A DNA stretch of 11,649 nt from a virus (IMGVR_UViG_2582581022_000020:1-11649), one strand, 5' to 3'. Positions 1 to 7,018 are shown, counted from the stretch's first letter. A program made the numbers and translations. Notes: generated by a model not told the origin, from the sequence alone.

Positions 1-420
1 ATGACGGATTATCAGCCATACAGGAAAGGAACTGTGCTTGCCCCAACTGGACCATGCAATCATCTTCATGTGATTTGTAATGATCCTGTTTATTACCCCG
101 TTAACGATTGTTATTGTGTTTTAGTTGTTAATATTTCTAGTATCAAGGATGGTGTCCCCCACGATCCGTCTTGCGTCTTGAATTCTGGTGATCATCGCTT
201 TATCAAGCATCCAAGTTATGTTGTTTACGCTGAAGCTATAATTTGGCGAGTGGATAACATGGTTAGAAAGCTGCGATCGGGTGAGATTTCTGTTCATGAT
301 GATATGCCAGAAGCTACATTCAATAGAATTCTGGACGGTTTTGATATCTCTGATGAAGTTACGCCAAAGAACCTTAAATTTAAAAATAAATATTGCGTAT
401 CATCTATTGATGATGAGTAA
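1..420 (+). CDS. Hypothetical 139-aa protein, first gene of a plus-strand cassette opposite to the early-left operon; weak Kid/PemK/MazF-like pattern
   Basis: Complete ATG-to-TAA ORF, protein-like composition. Segment-wise resemblance to the Kid/PemK toxin fold, judged by eye only (RKGTVLAPTGP, CVLVVNISS, YVVYAEAIIWRVDNM, MPEATFNRILDGF). Confidence 0.45.
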   Translation: MTDYQPYRKGTVLAPTGPCNHLHVICNDPVYYPVNDCYCVLVVNISSIKDGVPHDPSCVLNSGDHRFIKHPSYVVYAEAIIWRVDNMVRKLRSGEISVHDDMPEATFNRILDGFDISDEVTPKNLKFKNKYCVSSIDDE

Positions 421-459
421 ACAACAGGAATTGTTTCGGTATAACTTCTGGAGTTTTCT

Positions 460-633
460 ATGGAAGATCAAAAAGCAACCAAGCCACAGGTTAAGTTCGA
501 CACAATGAAAGCATTCGTAGGTATGGGTGCTGCTGTTGAAGTTCTGATGAAGGCTGCTCCTAATGCGTTCACTCACGCTACTGTCTCTGGTAAAGAGCAG
601 CAGGGTAAGCTTCGTCGTCTCAAAGCAGCATGA
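460..633 (+). CDS. Small hypothetical protein, 57 aa (MEDQKATKPQVKFDT...KLRRLKAA), below the ORF-track length cutoff
   Basis: ATG at 460 preceded by GGAG (450-453) with a 6-nt spacer; TGA at 631-633; strong terminator 20 nt downstream. Confidence 0.4.
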   Translation: MEDQKATKPQVKFDTMKAFVGMGAAVEVLMKAAPNAFTHATVSGKEQQGKLRRLKAA

Positions 634-652
634 TCATAGCTGGTGCTTTTTG

Positions 653-678
653 AAAACCCGCCTTCAGGCGGGTTTTTT
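653..678. terminator. Bidirectional rho-independent terminator between convergent genes
   Basis: AAAACCCGCC-TTCA-GGCGGGTTTT stem-loop with a T-run on the plus strand and an A-run upstream (T-run on minus); lies between the plus-strand stop at 633 and the minus-strand stop at 681. Confidence 0.75.
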
Positions 679-680
679 CT

Positions 681-962
681 TTAGTGATTTTCTTTGCCCT
701 TCTGTTTGACTGTTCTGACCTGTTCCCACTCGATACGTCCTTCTTCTCGCCTTTTGTCTATGTATTCCGCAAGATCCTGAATATTGATGCAACGTTTTGC
801 TTTTTGTGATGTGCCGATGCGATATGTTGGAACGGGCAACTTACAAGCGTTTGCTTTTGCTTCTGCCGTGGCTGGACTCATACCAAAGTACTTTTGGCTA
901 ACTGCTGAGAGTTCAATGTTTGGGGTATTGAATTCAGCCATCAGTAAAAACAAGGTGTTCAT
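681..962 (-). CDS. PrtN/excisionase-family small DNA-binding protein; last gene of the leftward early operon
   Basis: N-terminus MNTLFLLMAEF and C-terminal DLAEYIDKRREEG fit the recalled PrtN-family pattern. ATG at 962 has a GGAGA RBS with ~5-6 nt spacing; the ORF track's 989 start is GTG without an RBS. Confidence 0.6.
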   Translation of the reverse strand: MNTLFLLMAEFNTPNIELSAVSQKYFGMSPATAEAKANACKLPVPTYRIGTSQKAKRCINIQDLAEYIDKRREEGRIEWEQVRTVKQKGKENH

Positions 963-998
963 AATTTTCTCCATCAAAACCGGCTGCACCCGGGAAAA

Positions 999-1571
999 TC
1001 ATAATTCTGTGCTGGTGGCAGGAATTAATTTCTGCCAGATAGCGGAAACATATTTTGCCTGATGACGGGCATCAGCCAGGGCGTTGTGCCGTTCGCCATC
1101 GAAAGGCATGTCCATTTTGGGGTCGAATCCGATGGAACGCCCAAGCGTAACGATCGTGCGTACATCGTGGTCATTCCAGTATGCCCACGGGCAGATTTGT
1201 CCTGCTCGCTCATAAGCTCCACGTAAAATTACGTTGTCGAAGGTGGCTCCGTTACCCCAGACTTTTAAATATTTCGTATTGTCTGCGTGCCGGTTAATGA
1301 AATGATTTAGTTCTGAGAGAGCATCGCTGATCGACAAAGTATCATCAATACAGATTGCAGCTCGTGCTTCAGGGCTTTGTTTCAACCACCACAGGATGGT
1401 ATCGCCGTCAGGTGTAGCTCCTTGCTCCATAGCACTTTCCAGGCTAACAACCGTATAGAATTCTTGTCCGATGTCTCCGGTTTCTGGAGTGAAGAACACC
1501 GCGCCAATGGAAACGATCGGTGCATCCTTATTTTTCCCCATCGTCTCAAGGTCGATCATTAAGTTATTCAT
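999..1571 (-). CDS. DnaQ-like DEDDh 3'-5' exonuclease (RNase H-like fold)
   Basis: Exo I motif MIDLETMG, Exo III motif with catalytic His (RHNALADARHQAKY); ATG shares a base with the upstream gene's TAA (TAATG coupling). Confidence 0.8.
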   Translation of the reverse strand: MNNLMIDLETMGKNKDAPIVSIGAVFFTPETGDIGQEFYTVVSLESAMEQGATPDGDTILWWLKQSPEARAAICIDDTLSISDALSELNHFINRHADNTKYLKVWGNGATFDNVILRGAYERAGQICPWAYWNDHDVRTIVTLGRSIGFDPKMDMPFDGERHNALADARHQAKYVSAIWQKLIPATSTEL

Positions 1572-1882
1572 TACTTCACCTCCTGCGTTTCTTTGCTGCT
1601 GTGAATTCGCCAGTTACCGACGCCTTCCCATTCAAACTGGCGGTTACTAATTCGCGTCCAGCCCCTGCCGAAAAGCAAATCCAGATACCAGTATTTTAAA
1701 GTTCTGATAATTGCTCTTACAGTTGGTTTGCATCCAGAAGTCTTTGATGCGCAAATAAAGCACCGAGTTATGCTCATGGCTTCTACAAAAGGCCAGATAA
1801 ACCAAACCCAGATGCAAAGAGCCACGAACAACATGAGCGCGATGTTAGCCACTAAGCCAGACCAGTACAGATAATTGCTCAT
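1571..1882 (-). CDS. Hypothetical small membrane protein (103 aa)
   Basis: Hydrophobic Trp-rich N-terminal segment (LVANIALMLFVALCIWVWFIWPFV) consistent with a transmembrane helix; ATGA overlap with the upstream gene. Confidence 0.55.
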   Translation of the reverse strand: MSNYLYWSGLVANIALMLFVALCIWVWFIWPFVEAMSITRCFICASKTSGCKPTVRAIIRTLKYWYLDLLFGRGWTRISNRQFEWEGVGNWRIHSSKETQEVK

Positions 1883-2262
1883 TGGTTGCCTCCACCTTGG
1901 CTCTGAAGCATGGCAGCGCGGCAGGCGTTCCAGCCATCAACATACCCAGCCATGATATATCGATTAAAACCCACATCTTTCTGTGCGCGTGCCAGATTCA
2001 TTTCCTCCGGCACGTGTACTGGCTGAGCTATATATAGCGGCTGAACATACCAACCCTTTGATAACCAACTGTCAGCAACGTTTTTACTCCGTGTTATTGC
2101 CGGAATACCTAAGCCATTGTCTGAATGCAGCCATGCCACCGGTTCTGCTTCCAGCGATGCCAGCGTAATCCGTGCAAGTTCCATTTGTTCACCACGGGTA
2201 AGCCCGTTTTCAAGCGGATTTTTAATGAATAATTCGATACGTTCTTTGGTAATAGAATTCAT
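1879..2262 (-). CDS. Hypothetical phage protein (127 aa)
   Basis: ORF with protein-like composition, translationally coupled on both sides (TAG..ATG upstream, ATGA downstream). Confidence 0.55.
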   Translation of the reverse strand: MNSITKERIELFIKNPLENGLTRGEQMELARITLASLEAEPVAWLHSDNGLGIPAITRSKNVADSWLSKGWYVQPLYIAQPVHVPEEMNLARAQKDVGFNRYIMAGYVDGWNACRAAMLQSQGGGNQ

Positions 2263-2263
2263 G

Positions 2264-2455
2264 CTATTTCACCTTAATCTCAACATTTCGCAGTTTTAGC
2301 TCCACTGGCAGGTCTGACTTTCCGGTTAAAGCTAATGCGAGATTTTCTGGAGTAATGAGAGCTGTTATTGTTTTCCCCATTGCCAGACGAATAATTATTC
2401 GTATTTCGCGATCGTCACATGCTCCCGGTCGAACAATTGATATTTGTCCGTCCAT
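2264..2455 (-). CDS. Hypothetical small protein (63 aa)
   Basis: ATG start 2 nt after the upstream gene's stop; fills the gap in a tightly packed operon. Confidence 0.45.
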   Translation of the reverse strand: MDGQISIVRPGACDDREIRIIIRLAMGKTITALITPENLALALTGKSDLPVELKLRNVEIKVK

Positions 2456-2456
2456 A

Positions 2457-3056
2457 TCACTCTCCTTTGATGCGAATGCCAGCGTCAGACATCATATGCA
2501 GATACTCACCTGCATCCTGAACCCATTGACCTCCAACCCCGTAATAGCGATGCGTAATGATGTCGATAGTTACTAACGGGTCTTGTTCGATTAACTGCCG
2601 CAGAAACTCTTCCAGGTCACCAGTGCAGTGCTTGATGACAGGAGTCTTCCCAGGATGGCGAACAACAAGAAACTGGTTTCCGTCTTCACGGACTTCGTTG
2701 CTTTCCAGTTTAGCAATACGCTTACTCCCATCCGAGATAACACCTTCGTAATACTCACGCTGCTCGTTGAGTTTTGATTTTGCCGACTCCAGTTGTTTTG
2801 TTAGTTCCGCAATACGGCAAACATCGTTGATACGCGTTTCCTCTAATGCGTTGATCTCATCCAACAATGCCAGCGCGATATCTGGCGTAGGTTTTGTCTG
2901 TAACTCTTCGATACGTTCAGCCAGCGCCGCGCACTTGGCCTCAGCTTCAGCAAATTTACGCACCAGGTACTCAGCGTTTGTTTCGTTCACTTTCAGATCT
3001 CGCGGTACACATTTCCCGCGAAGAAACCCTTCCATTTCGAAAACATTCATGCGCAT
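2457..3056 (-). CDS. Ea22-like coiled-coil early protein
   Basis: Central Glu/Leu/Ala-rich coiled-coil and C-terminal ITHRYYGVGGQWVQDAGEYLHMMSDAGIRIKG tail resemble lambdoid ead/Ea22-like proteins. Alternative ATG at 3050 overlaps the upstream TGA (ATGA). Confidence 0.6.
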   Translation of the reverse strand: MRMNVFEMEGFLRGKCVPRDLKVNETNAEYLVRKFAEAEAKCAALAERIEELQTKPTPDIALALLDEINALEETRINDVCRIAELTKQLESAKSKLNEQREYYEGVISDGSKRIAKLESNEVREDGNQFLVVRHPGKTPVIKHCTGDLEEFLRQLIEQDPLVTIDIITHRYYGVGGQWVQDAGEYLHMMSDAGIRIKGE

Positions 3057-3583
3057 TTGCGTAACCCCGATAACTCGTTAAAACGTTCCATAAACATCCC
3101 GTAGGCATGGCCTGGTGACAGTGGAATCACGTTGAACATCTCTGTTGCCGGGATACCTTCCAGTACAGGCCAGAAAGAACCATCATCAAGCCCGAGATCA
3201 CGGCGTTCGGTTGCCAGCATAATGAGATCGGCATATTTCACTGGCGTGCTCATAACAGGAGGTAACCCGTATTTCTCACGGATTACGGCGTCTATTTTTT
3301 CTTCCATCCGTTTATAGTCAGGAAGAAGGCGTTTCAGTGGAGCGGGAATATCCTGGCAATACGCTTCTGTTGCATCATGCATTAACGCTTCAAAAGCAAA
3401 TTCCTGCGGCACCAGCTGGCTGCAAAGCACCGCATGCTGGGCGACGCTGTAGAAGTGCGAAAGATGACCGGCAAAGCGACAGATATTTGAAAGGGAAACC
3501 GCGATATCGTTAATATCGATGTCGTCTTTATTTATCCTGTCATAATAAAAATGCTTCCCGGAAAAAGTTTTAATAAATGACAT
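3047..3583 (-). CDS. yfdR: HD-domain phosphohydrolase, YfdR-like 5'-deoxynucleotidase (178 aa)
   Basis: HD motif (His...ALMHDATEAY); ATG at 3583 with GGAG 6 nt upstream. The ORF-track start at 3628 is TTG without an RBS. Length and family match recalled CPS-53 YfdR. Confidence 0.75.
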   Translation of the reverse strand: MSFIKTFSGKHFYYDRINKDDIDINDIAVSLSNICRFAGHLSHFYSVAQHAVLCSQLVPQEFAFEALMHDATEAYCQDIPAPLKRLLPDYKRMEEKIDAVIREKYGLPPVMSTPVKYADLIMLATERRDLGLDDGSFWPVLEGIPATEMFNVIPLSPGHAYGMFMERFNELSGLRKCA

Positions 3584-3676
3584 TTTGTTCTCCACGTATA
3601 TGCGCTGCACCGCGCTGAATTCTGGCAAAAAGAATCCCTCACCATCCGGCGATTATTGAGTAAATTACGTTTCCAT

Positions 3677-3698
3677 AAATGCCCCCGCAGGGGCATTT
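3677..3698. other. Perfect 9-bp stem / 4-nt loop hairpin (AAATGCCCC-CGCA-GGGGCATTT) in the yfdQ-yfdR intergenic region
   Basis: Perfect inverted repeat 13 nt past the yfdQ-like stop; no U-tract on either strand, so not a canonical intrinsic terminator. Confidence 0.5.
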
Positions 3699-3710
3699 GC
3701 AGTAATGAAA

Positions 3711-4535
3711 TCAGGCGGTGAAAGTACCAATAAAGGTTTCTACTTTGCTGTCCTTGAATTTCTCAACAAGCAGATCACGAAATTCGTTAGCCATTTCTTC
3801 CTGCACCGCCTCCAGCTGAATAATGCGCAGAACCAGTACAGGACGATCGCCAGTGATAATACTGAGGCGTAATTTAAACGGACGTTCTTTCAGACCTTCA
3901 AACGGAACGCATTTAAATTCAAATGCCACTGGCATAATGTCTTTGGTCTTCGCTTCGACAGACTCCATCAGGGAGCGTTTGCCGCTGAAGTCATTATCTT
4001 CAAAATCAGAGGTCTGGTTTGCTTCAATCGTGATTTTACGGACAGCCGCAGCCGCTTTTGTTGCCTGAATAGCGTCACCATTAGCATCAAAGCCCACAAG
4101 ATAGTCGGCCCAGTCTTCAATCCATTCTGCTAGTGACTTCTGGGAGTTACGCTCGCCGTTAACAGACAACAGAGCAGAGAACGGTGCTGTCTTTTTCAGT
4201 TTGAGTGTGGCGGTGTTATCTGCGTGACCTGGTTCATCAATAGTACCCAGGTTAAGCACACTGACTGCACGCATATTATCAGCATCGATAAAGCAGCGGG
4301 TGCCTTCATCTGCAAGATCTTTAGAATAACGGGTAAAGTCATCGATGCTGGCAGTGGAAAGCGCACCACGGAAACGGAAGCGATTTAAATTAAATTTTTC
4401 CAGATCATGAATGCGGAAATGCTCAGGCAATGCCACAGCATCGGCACCAATCTTACTGATAATTTCATTAACACCCTGAGCAGAAATAAGGGCATGGATT
4501 TGATTAATTGCGGTTGCGTCTAAGTTCTGAGACAT
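3711..4535 (-). CDS. yfdQ: YfdQ-like DUF2303-family protein (274 aa)
   Basis: ATG with GAGGA RBS; length and position immediately upstream of the YfdR-like gene match the recalled CPS-53 yfdQ-yfdR synteny. Confidence 0.7.
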   Translation of the reverse strand: MSQNLDATAINQIHALISAQGVNEIISKIGADAVALPEHFRIHDLEKFNLNRFRFRGALSTASIDDFTRYSKDLADEGTRCFIDADNMRAVSVLNLGTIDEPGHADNTATLKLKKTAPFSALLSVNGERNSQKSLAEWIEDWADYLVGFDANGDAIQATKAAAAVRKITIEANQTSDFEDNDFSGKRSLMESVEAKTKDIMPVAFEFKCVPFEGLKERPFKLRLSIITGDRPVLVLRIIQLEAVQEEMANEFRDLLVEKFKDSKVETFIGTFTA

Positions 4536-4600
4536 AATAAGTCCTCACTATATAAAGATATTCAGTGATGAGATAAATAATCAGTTAATTAAAAACGATA

Positions 4601-4963
4601 TTAACGACCTGCTGCGCGGAGTTTTCCGTCAGGTTCACCGGCAAGAGTCAGTAACTGTCCCTGGTCTTCCTGCAGAATAGTCAGGCGACCACCGCGATTG
4701 ACATACATCGGCGTTTCGGTGGTGTCTTCTTCGGAAATTTTCCCGCGGTTAGTCGGGCGAACATATGAGAGTTTGTGTTTGATTTTCACACGGTTCTCAT
4801 CAAATGGTTCGATTTCCAGGTTGAGTGAGACCTTACCTTTGGTTTTCGTGTTCATCACACCGGAAGCGACTTCACTGAGAACTGCGCCGATTTTGGTTTC
4901 AAATACGCCGCCGTCCAGCTCCCCGATAAATGCCTGCACATCAGTACTGCGTTCGCTAGCCAT
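4601..4963 (-). CDS. Hypothetical early protein (120 aa, MASERSTDVQAFIGELDGG...); possibly yfdP-like
   Basis: ATG at 4963 preceded by GAGGAG at -13..-8. The ORF track's 226-aa version is an upstream extension through GC-rich non-coding sequence. Confidence 0.6.
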   Translation of the reverse strand: MASERSTDVQAFIGELDGGVFETKIGAVLSEVASGVMNTKTKGKVSLNLEIEPFDENRVKIKHKLSYVRPTNRGKISEEDTTETPMYVNRGGRLTILQEDQGQLLTLAGEPDGKLRAAGR

Positions 4964-5011
4964 TTTGCTGCTCCTCATCATATCGACCCTGCAAGGTCGG
5001 TTAGTTTCTCC

Positions 5012-5290
5012 ACAAAACAGAGAAGAACACCTGCGGTGACTGCCGCCCGGATGGATTGGGTTATGAGCCCGTCGTCCGGTGATGCTCTTCTCTGTTTTGT
5101 AAAAAGGACGGTACCAGCCGGAAGCAAGGGTACAAACTGGTACCTCCAGGACTACACACAGCATAAAGTTGTGGTGCCGGGTGCCTCCCGGTGCCTGGCG
5201 AAGGTTGCACACCAGACGGGTGGGTATCCACAGAAGGTCGACTGTCAGCCTCAACCTTAACCCGCGTGCGCTGAGCCGCATTCACCACAA
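5012..5290. other. GC-rich, highly structured non-coding element; candidate ncRNA or cis-regulatory RNA, strand undetermined
   Basis: No credible ORF. Perfect 15-bp inverted repeat ACAAAACAGAGAAGA (5012-5026) / TCTTCTCTGTTTTGT (5086-5100) enclosing 59 bp with nested hairpins; 8-bp GGTACCAG / CTGGTACC stem (5110-5117 / 5137-5144); three direct GGTGCC(T) repeats (5173-5196); CCGGG-N5-CCCGG hairpin. Confidence 0.35.
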
Positions 5291-5400
5291 CGCTAAGGAT
5301 TCTCTTTGGTTGAAAATACTTAGCTGTTATGTGCCTGTCTTTTCACCACTTCAGGCTCGGTGGTATCCTTTTAAGCCCGTATACATAAAAGGAAAATCAA

Positions 5401-5646
5401 ATGACTTTTGATGAAAAAGAACTTGATAATGCAATTAATAAAATCATCGTAACGTCGCTCTTTTCCTGTCTCAGCGACACTCAGCAGAAACAGTTCTACG
5501 AATCGGCTTTCAACATGATCGAGCGTTGTTGTTTCTGCGATGCCGATGAGTTACCTGAAAAAATCAGGAAACAGTTGGCTGATGCTCTTCGAGTGCGACT
5601 TTCTGACCAATTTTCTGAAATGTGCTCTCGGAATTTGGACAAATAG
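5401..5646 (+). CDS. Hypothetical 81-aa protein, rightward gene between the leftward early operon and cI
   Basis: ATG at 5401 with AAGGA RBS and 7-nt spacer; helical, charged composition. Confidence 0.5.
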   Translation: MTFDEKELDNAINKIIVTSLFSCLSDTQQKQFYESAFNMIERCCFCDADELPEKIRKQLADALRVRLSDQFSEMCSRNLDK

Positions 5647-5839
5647 AAAAAGGCCATTTCCATTCAGGGTCTGATGGAAAGACTTCAGCCTGTTCTAAAG
5701 CACGGCGTAAAGAGAATACAACTCCAGCCATAATCTGATGTTTCCCATTGGCCCAGCTATCGCCGCTCTGATCTACAGGGGCGGCTATGTCGTATGACCA
5801 AACGACTTCACAGTTATTGTTTAAAATCTGGACTTTCAT
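5564..5839 (-). CDS. Questionable 91-aa ORF, first ORF downstream of the pL-like promoter
   Basis: ATG with GGAGG but a 12-nt spacer. The 3' 83 nt overlap the convergent plus-strand gene, and a weak hairpin plus U-run (5641-5680) lies inside it. Not Arg-rich like N. Confidence 0.3.
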   Translation of the reverse strand: MKVQILNNNCEVVWSYDIAAPVDQSGDSWANGKHQIMAGVVFSLRRALEQAEVFPSDPEWKWPFSICPNSESTFQKIGQKVALEEHQPTVS

Positions 5840-5955
5840 TTTGATCTTTAACCTCCAGATACGGGCGTTTAATTGCCCCGCCGAACAGCTCTTTTCCGCA
5901 ATAGCTGCAATGTCTTTCGCGAATCAGCCTGCGCATTCACCACAACTCTAAAAAC

Positions 5956-6011
5956 AAATGTAGGATATCCAACATGTAAGTGTCAAGAGTTTATGTTGGT
6001 TATCCTACATA
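5956..6011 (-). promoter_or_regulatory. pL-like leftward promoter with two OL-type operators
   Basis: On the minus strand, -35 TTGACA (plus coords 5981-5986), 18-nt spacer, -10 TACATT (5957-5962). 18-bp operators ATGTAGGATATCCAACAT (5958-5975) and ATGTTGGTTATCCTACAT (5993-6010). Confidence 0.55.
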
Positions 6012-6024
6012 AAAAGATAGGCTC

Positions 6025-6052
6025 ATAAAAAAACCGGGGATACCCGGTTTTG
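6025..6052 (-). terminator. Intrinsic terminator just downstream of cI, with bidirectional potential
   Basis: Minus strand AACCGGG-UAUC-CCCGGUU followed by a 7-U run, about 20 nt past the cI stop. Confidence 0.65.
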
Positions 6053-6071
6053 CGATAGTGAGGAAGATGTG

Positions 6072-6725
6072 TCAAAAATCCATTATTACTTGTTTGACAA
6101 GACCAACTATTCTGCAGTTCTCACCGCATTCAATAGTTTTATAGTTAGGATTTAGTGGGACGAGATACCTGTTCGGCCAGTCCTCAACAAATTTTTTGAG
6201 TGTCGCTTCTTGCCCACCATTGATATGGGCAACAACGATTTTTCCGTTAATACACTCTGTATCAATAATATCTGGCTCTACGATAACGATAGAACCTTCT
6301 GGTATCGATGGTGAGCCGAGGGGATTGGTCATTGAATCACCACGGACCCGTAGTGCAAATGCCATTTCTGATACAAGGGCGGTAGTATAAACCCACTCTT
6401 CAGCATCTTCTTTCCTGACACCAGGCTCCGTCATTGTCCATGAACCCGCCTGAACCCACGAGATGAGGGGGACTTTTTTAACTGCGAATATTTCAGGTTT
6501 TAGATTTATCTTTGGTTCAGGCGAGCCTTTTCCGCTAACAAGCCACAGAGGATCGCATTTAAGTGCGTTGGCTAGGGCTTGAAGGTTGGCTCCATTTGGT
6601 TGGTAGTCGTCCTTTTCCCATCCAGTAACCGTGACACGGTTCACACCAGTCAAATCAGCCAGTGCTTGTTGTGTCAGGTTCAGTTCTTTTCGCCTTTGGC
6701 GAATACGATCACTCATGTTCATCAT
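6072..6725 (-). CDS. cI: Lambda-cI-type prophage repressor (HTH plus LexA-like S24 autopeptidase domain)
   Basis: N-terminal HTH (IRQRRKELNLTQQALADLTGV); Ala-Gly cleavage context VQAGSW; catalytic Ser in GDSMTNPLG and Lys in ATLKKF; the C-terminal domain (GDSMT...PLNPNY...VGLV) is collinear with lambda cI. Confidence 0.9.
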   Translation of the reverse strand: MMNMSDRIRQRRKELNLTQQALADLTGVNRVTVTGWEKDDYQPNGANLQALANALKCDPLWLVSGKGSPEPKINLKPEIFAVKKVPLISWVQAGSWTMTEPGVRKEDAEEWVYTTALVSEMAFALRVRGDSMTNPLGSPSIPEGSIVIVEPDIIDTECINGKIVVAHINGGQEATLKKFVEDWPNRYLVPLNPNYKTIECGENCRIVGLVKQVIMDF

Positions 6726-6815
6726 GTAGGCAATCCTACCACATGCCCATGTAGGATTCTTGACATTGGCGTGTTGGATATCCTACATTTCTGCTTAACG
6801 TAATTCAACGGGAGA
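6724..6815. promoter_or_regulatory. OR-type operator cluster (three sites) with pR and divergent pRM-like arrangement
   Basis: Operators at 6724-6741, 6749-6766 and 6771-6788. pR -35 TTGACA (6760-6765), 18-nt spacer, -10 TACATT (6784-6789), then GGGAGA RBS and cro ATG at 6821. The operator at 6724-6741 overlaps the cI start codon. Confidence 0.6.
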
Positions 6816-6820
6816 CAGAA

Positions 6821-7018
6821 ATGCGGAAATCCGACGTGATTAATTATTTCGGCGGAGTTTGTAAAACCGCCGAAGCCCTAGGTATTAAGCATCCGTCTGT
6901 TTCAGAGTGGCCTGAGATTATTCCTGAAGGCCGAGCGTACCAGTTAGAAAAAATTACTAACGGGAAACTGAAAGTTGACGTGTCTTTATATCAAAAGACT
7001 AACAGTGCTGCGGCATAA
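6821..7018 (+). CDS. cro: Cro-like (YdaS-family) HTH regulator
   Basis: 65-aa protein immediately downstream of pR/OR and divergent from cI; HTH-like segment GGVCKTAEALGIKHPSVSEW. Confidence 0.8.
   Translation: MRKSDVINYFGGVCKTAEALGIKHPSVSEWPEIIPEGRAYQLEKITNGKLKVDVSLYQKTNSAAA

Noticed and set aside
2767-4068. Plus-strand ORFs 2767..3081, 3132..3317 and 3823..4068 inside the minus-strand early operon
   Set aside because: Ser/Arg-rich low-complexity translations antisense to well-supported coupled genes; no start context.
4964-5281. N-terminal 106 codons of the 226-aa ORF 4601..5281 (minus) and the overlapping 5036..5260 (+) and 5061..5288 (-) ORFs
   Set aside because: These run through the GC-rich structured segment, have Arg/Pro/Gly-rich non-protein-like composition, and the real start at 4963 has a strong GAGGAG RBS; treated as non-coding.
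5012-5300. hok/sok-type type I toxin-antitoxin, REP/ERIC element, tRNA or retron as the identity of the structured segment
   Set aside because: No short hydrophobic Hok-like ORF in any frame, no match to the REP or ERIC consensus as I recall them, no tRNA cloverleaf or anticodon arm, and no reverse transcriptase gene nearby.
5641-5680. Intrinsic terminator (tL1 analogue) on the minus strand
   Set aside because: The stem is only 7 bp and AT-rich (5 of 7 A-T pairs), so termination would be weak at best; kept only as a remark within the small-ORF finding.
5564-5839. Lambda N-like antiterminator as the first gene after pL
   Set aside because: The 91-aa ORF has no Arg-rich N-terminal motif; I found no boxA sequence, and only a weak boxB-like hairpin in the pL leader (5840-5950). 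Nothing equivalent lies downstream of cro.
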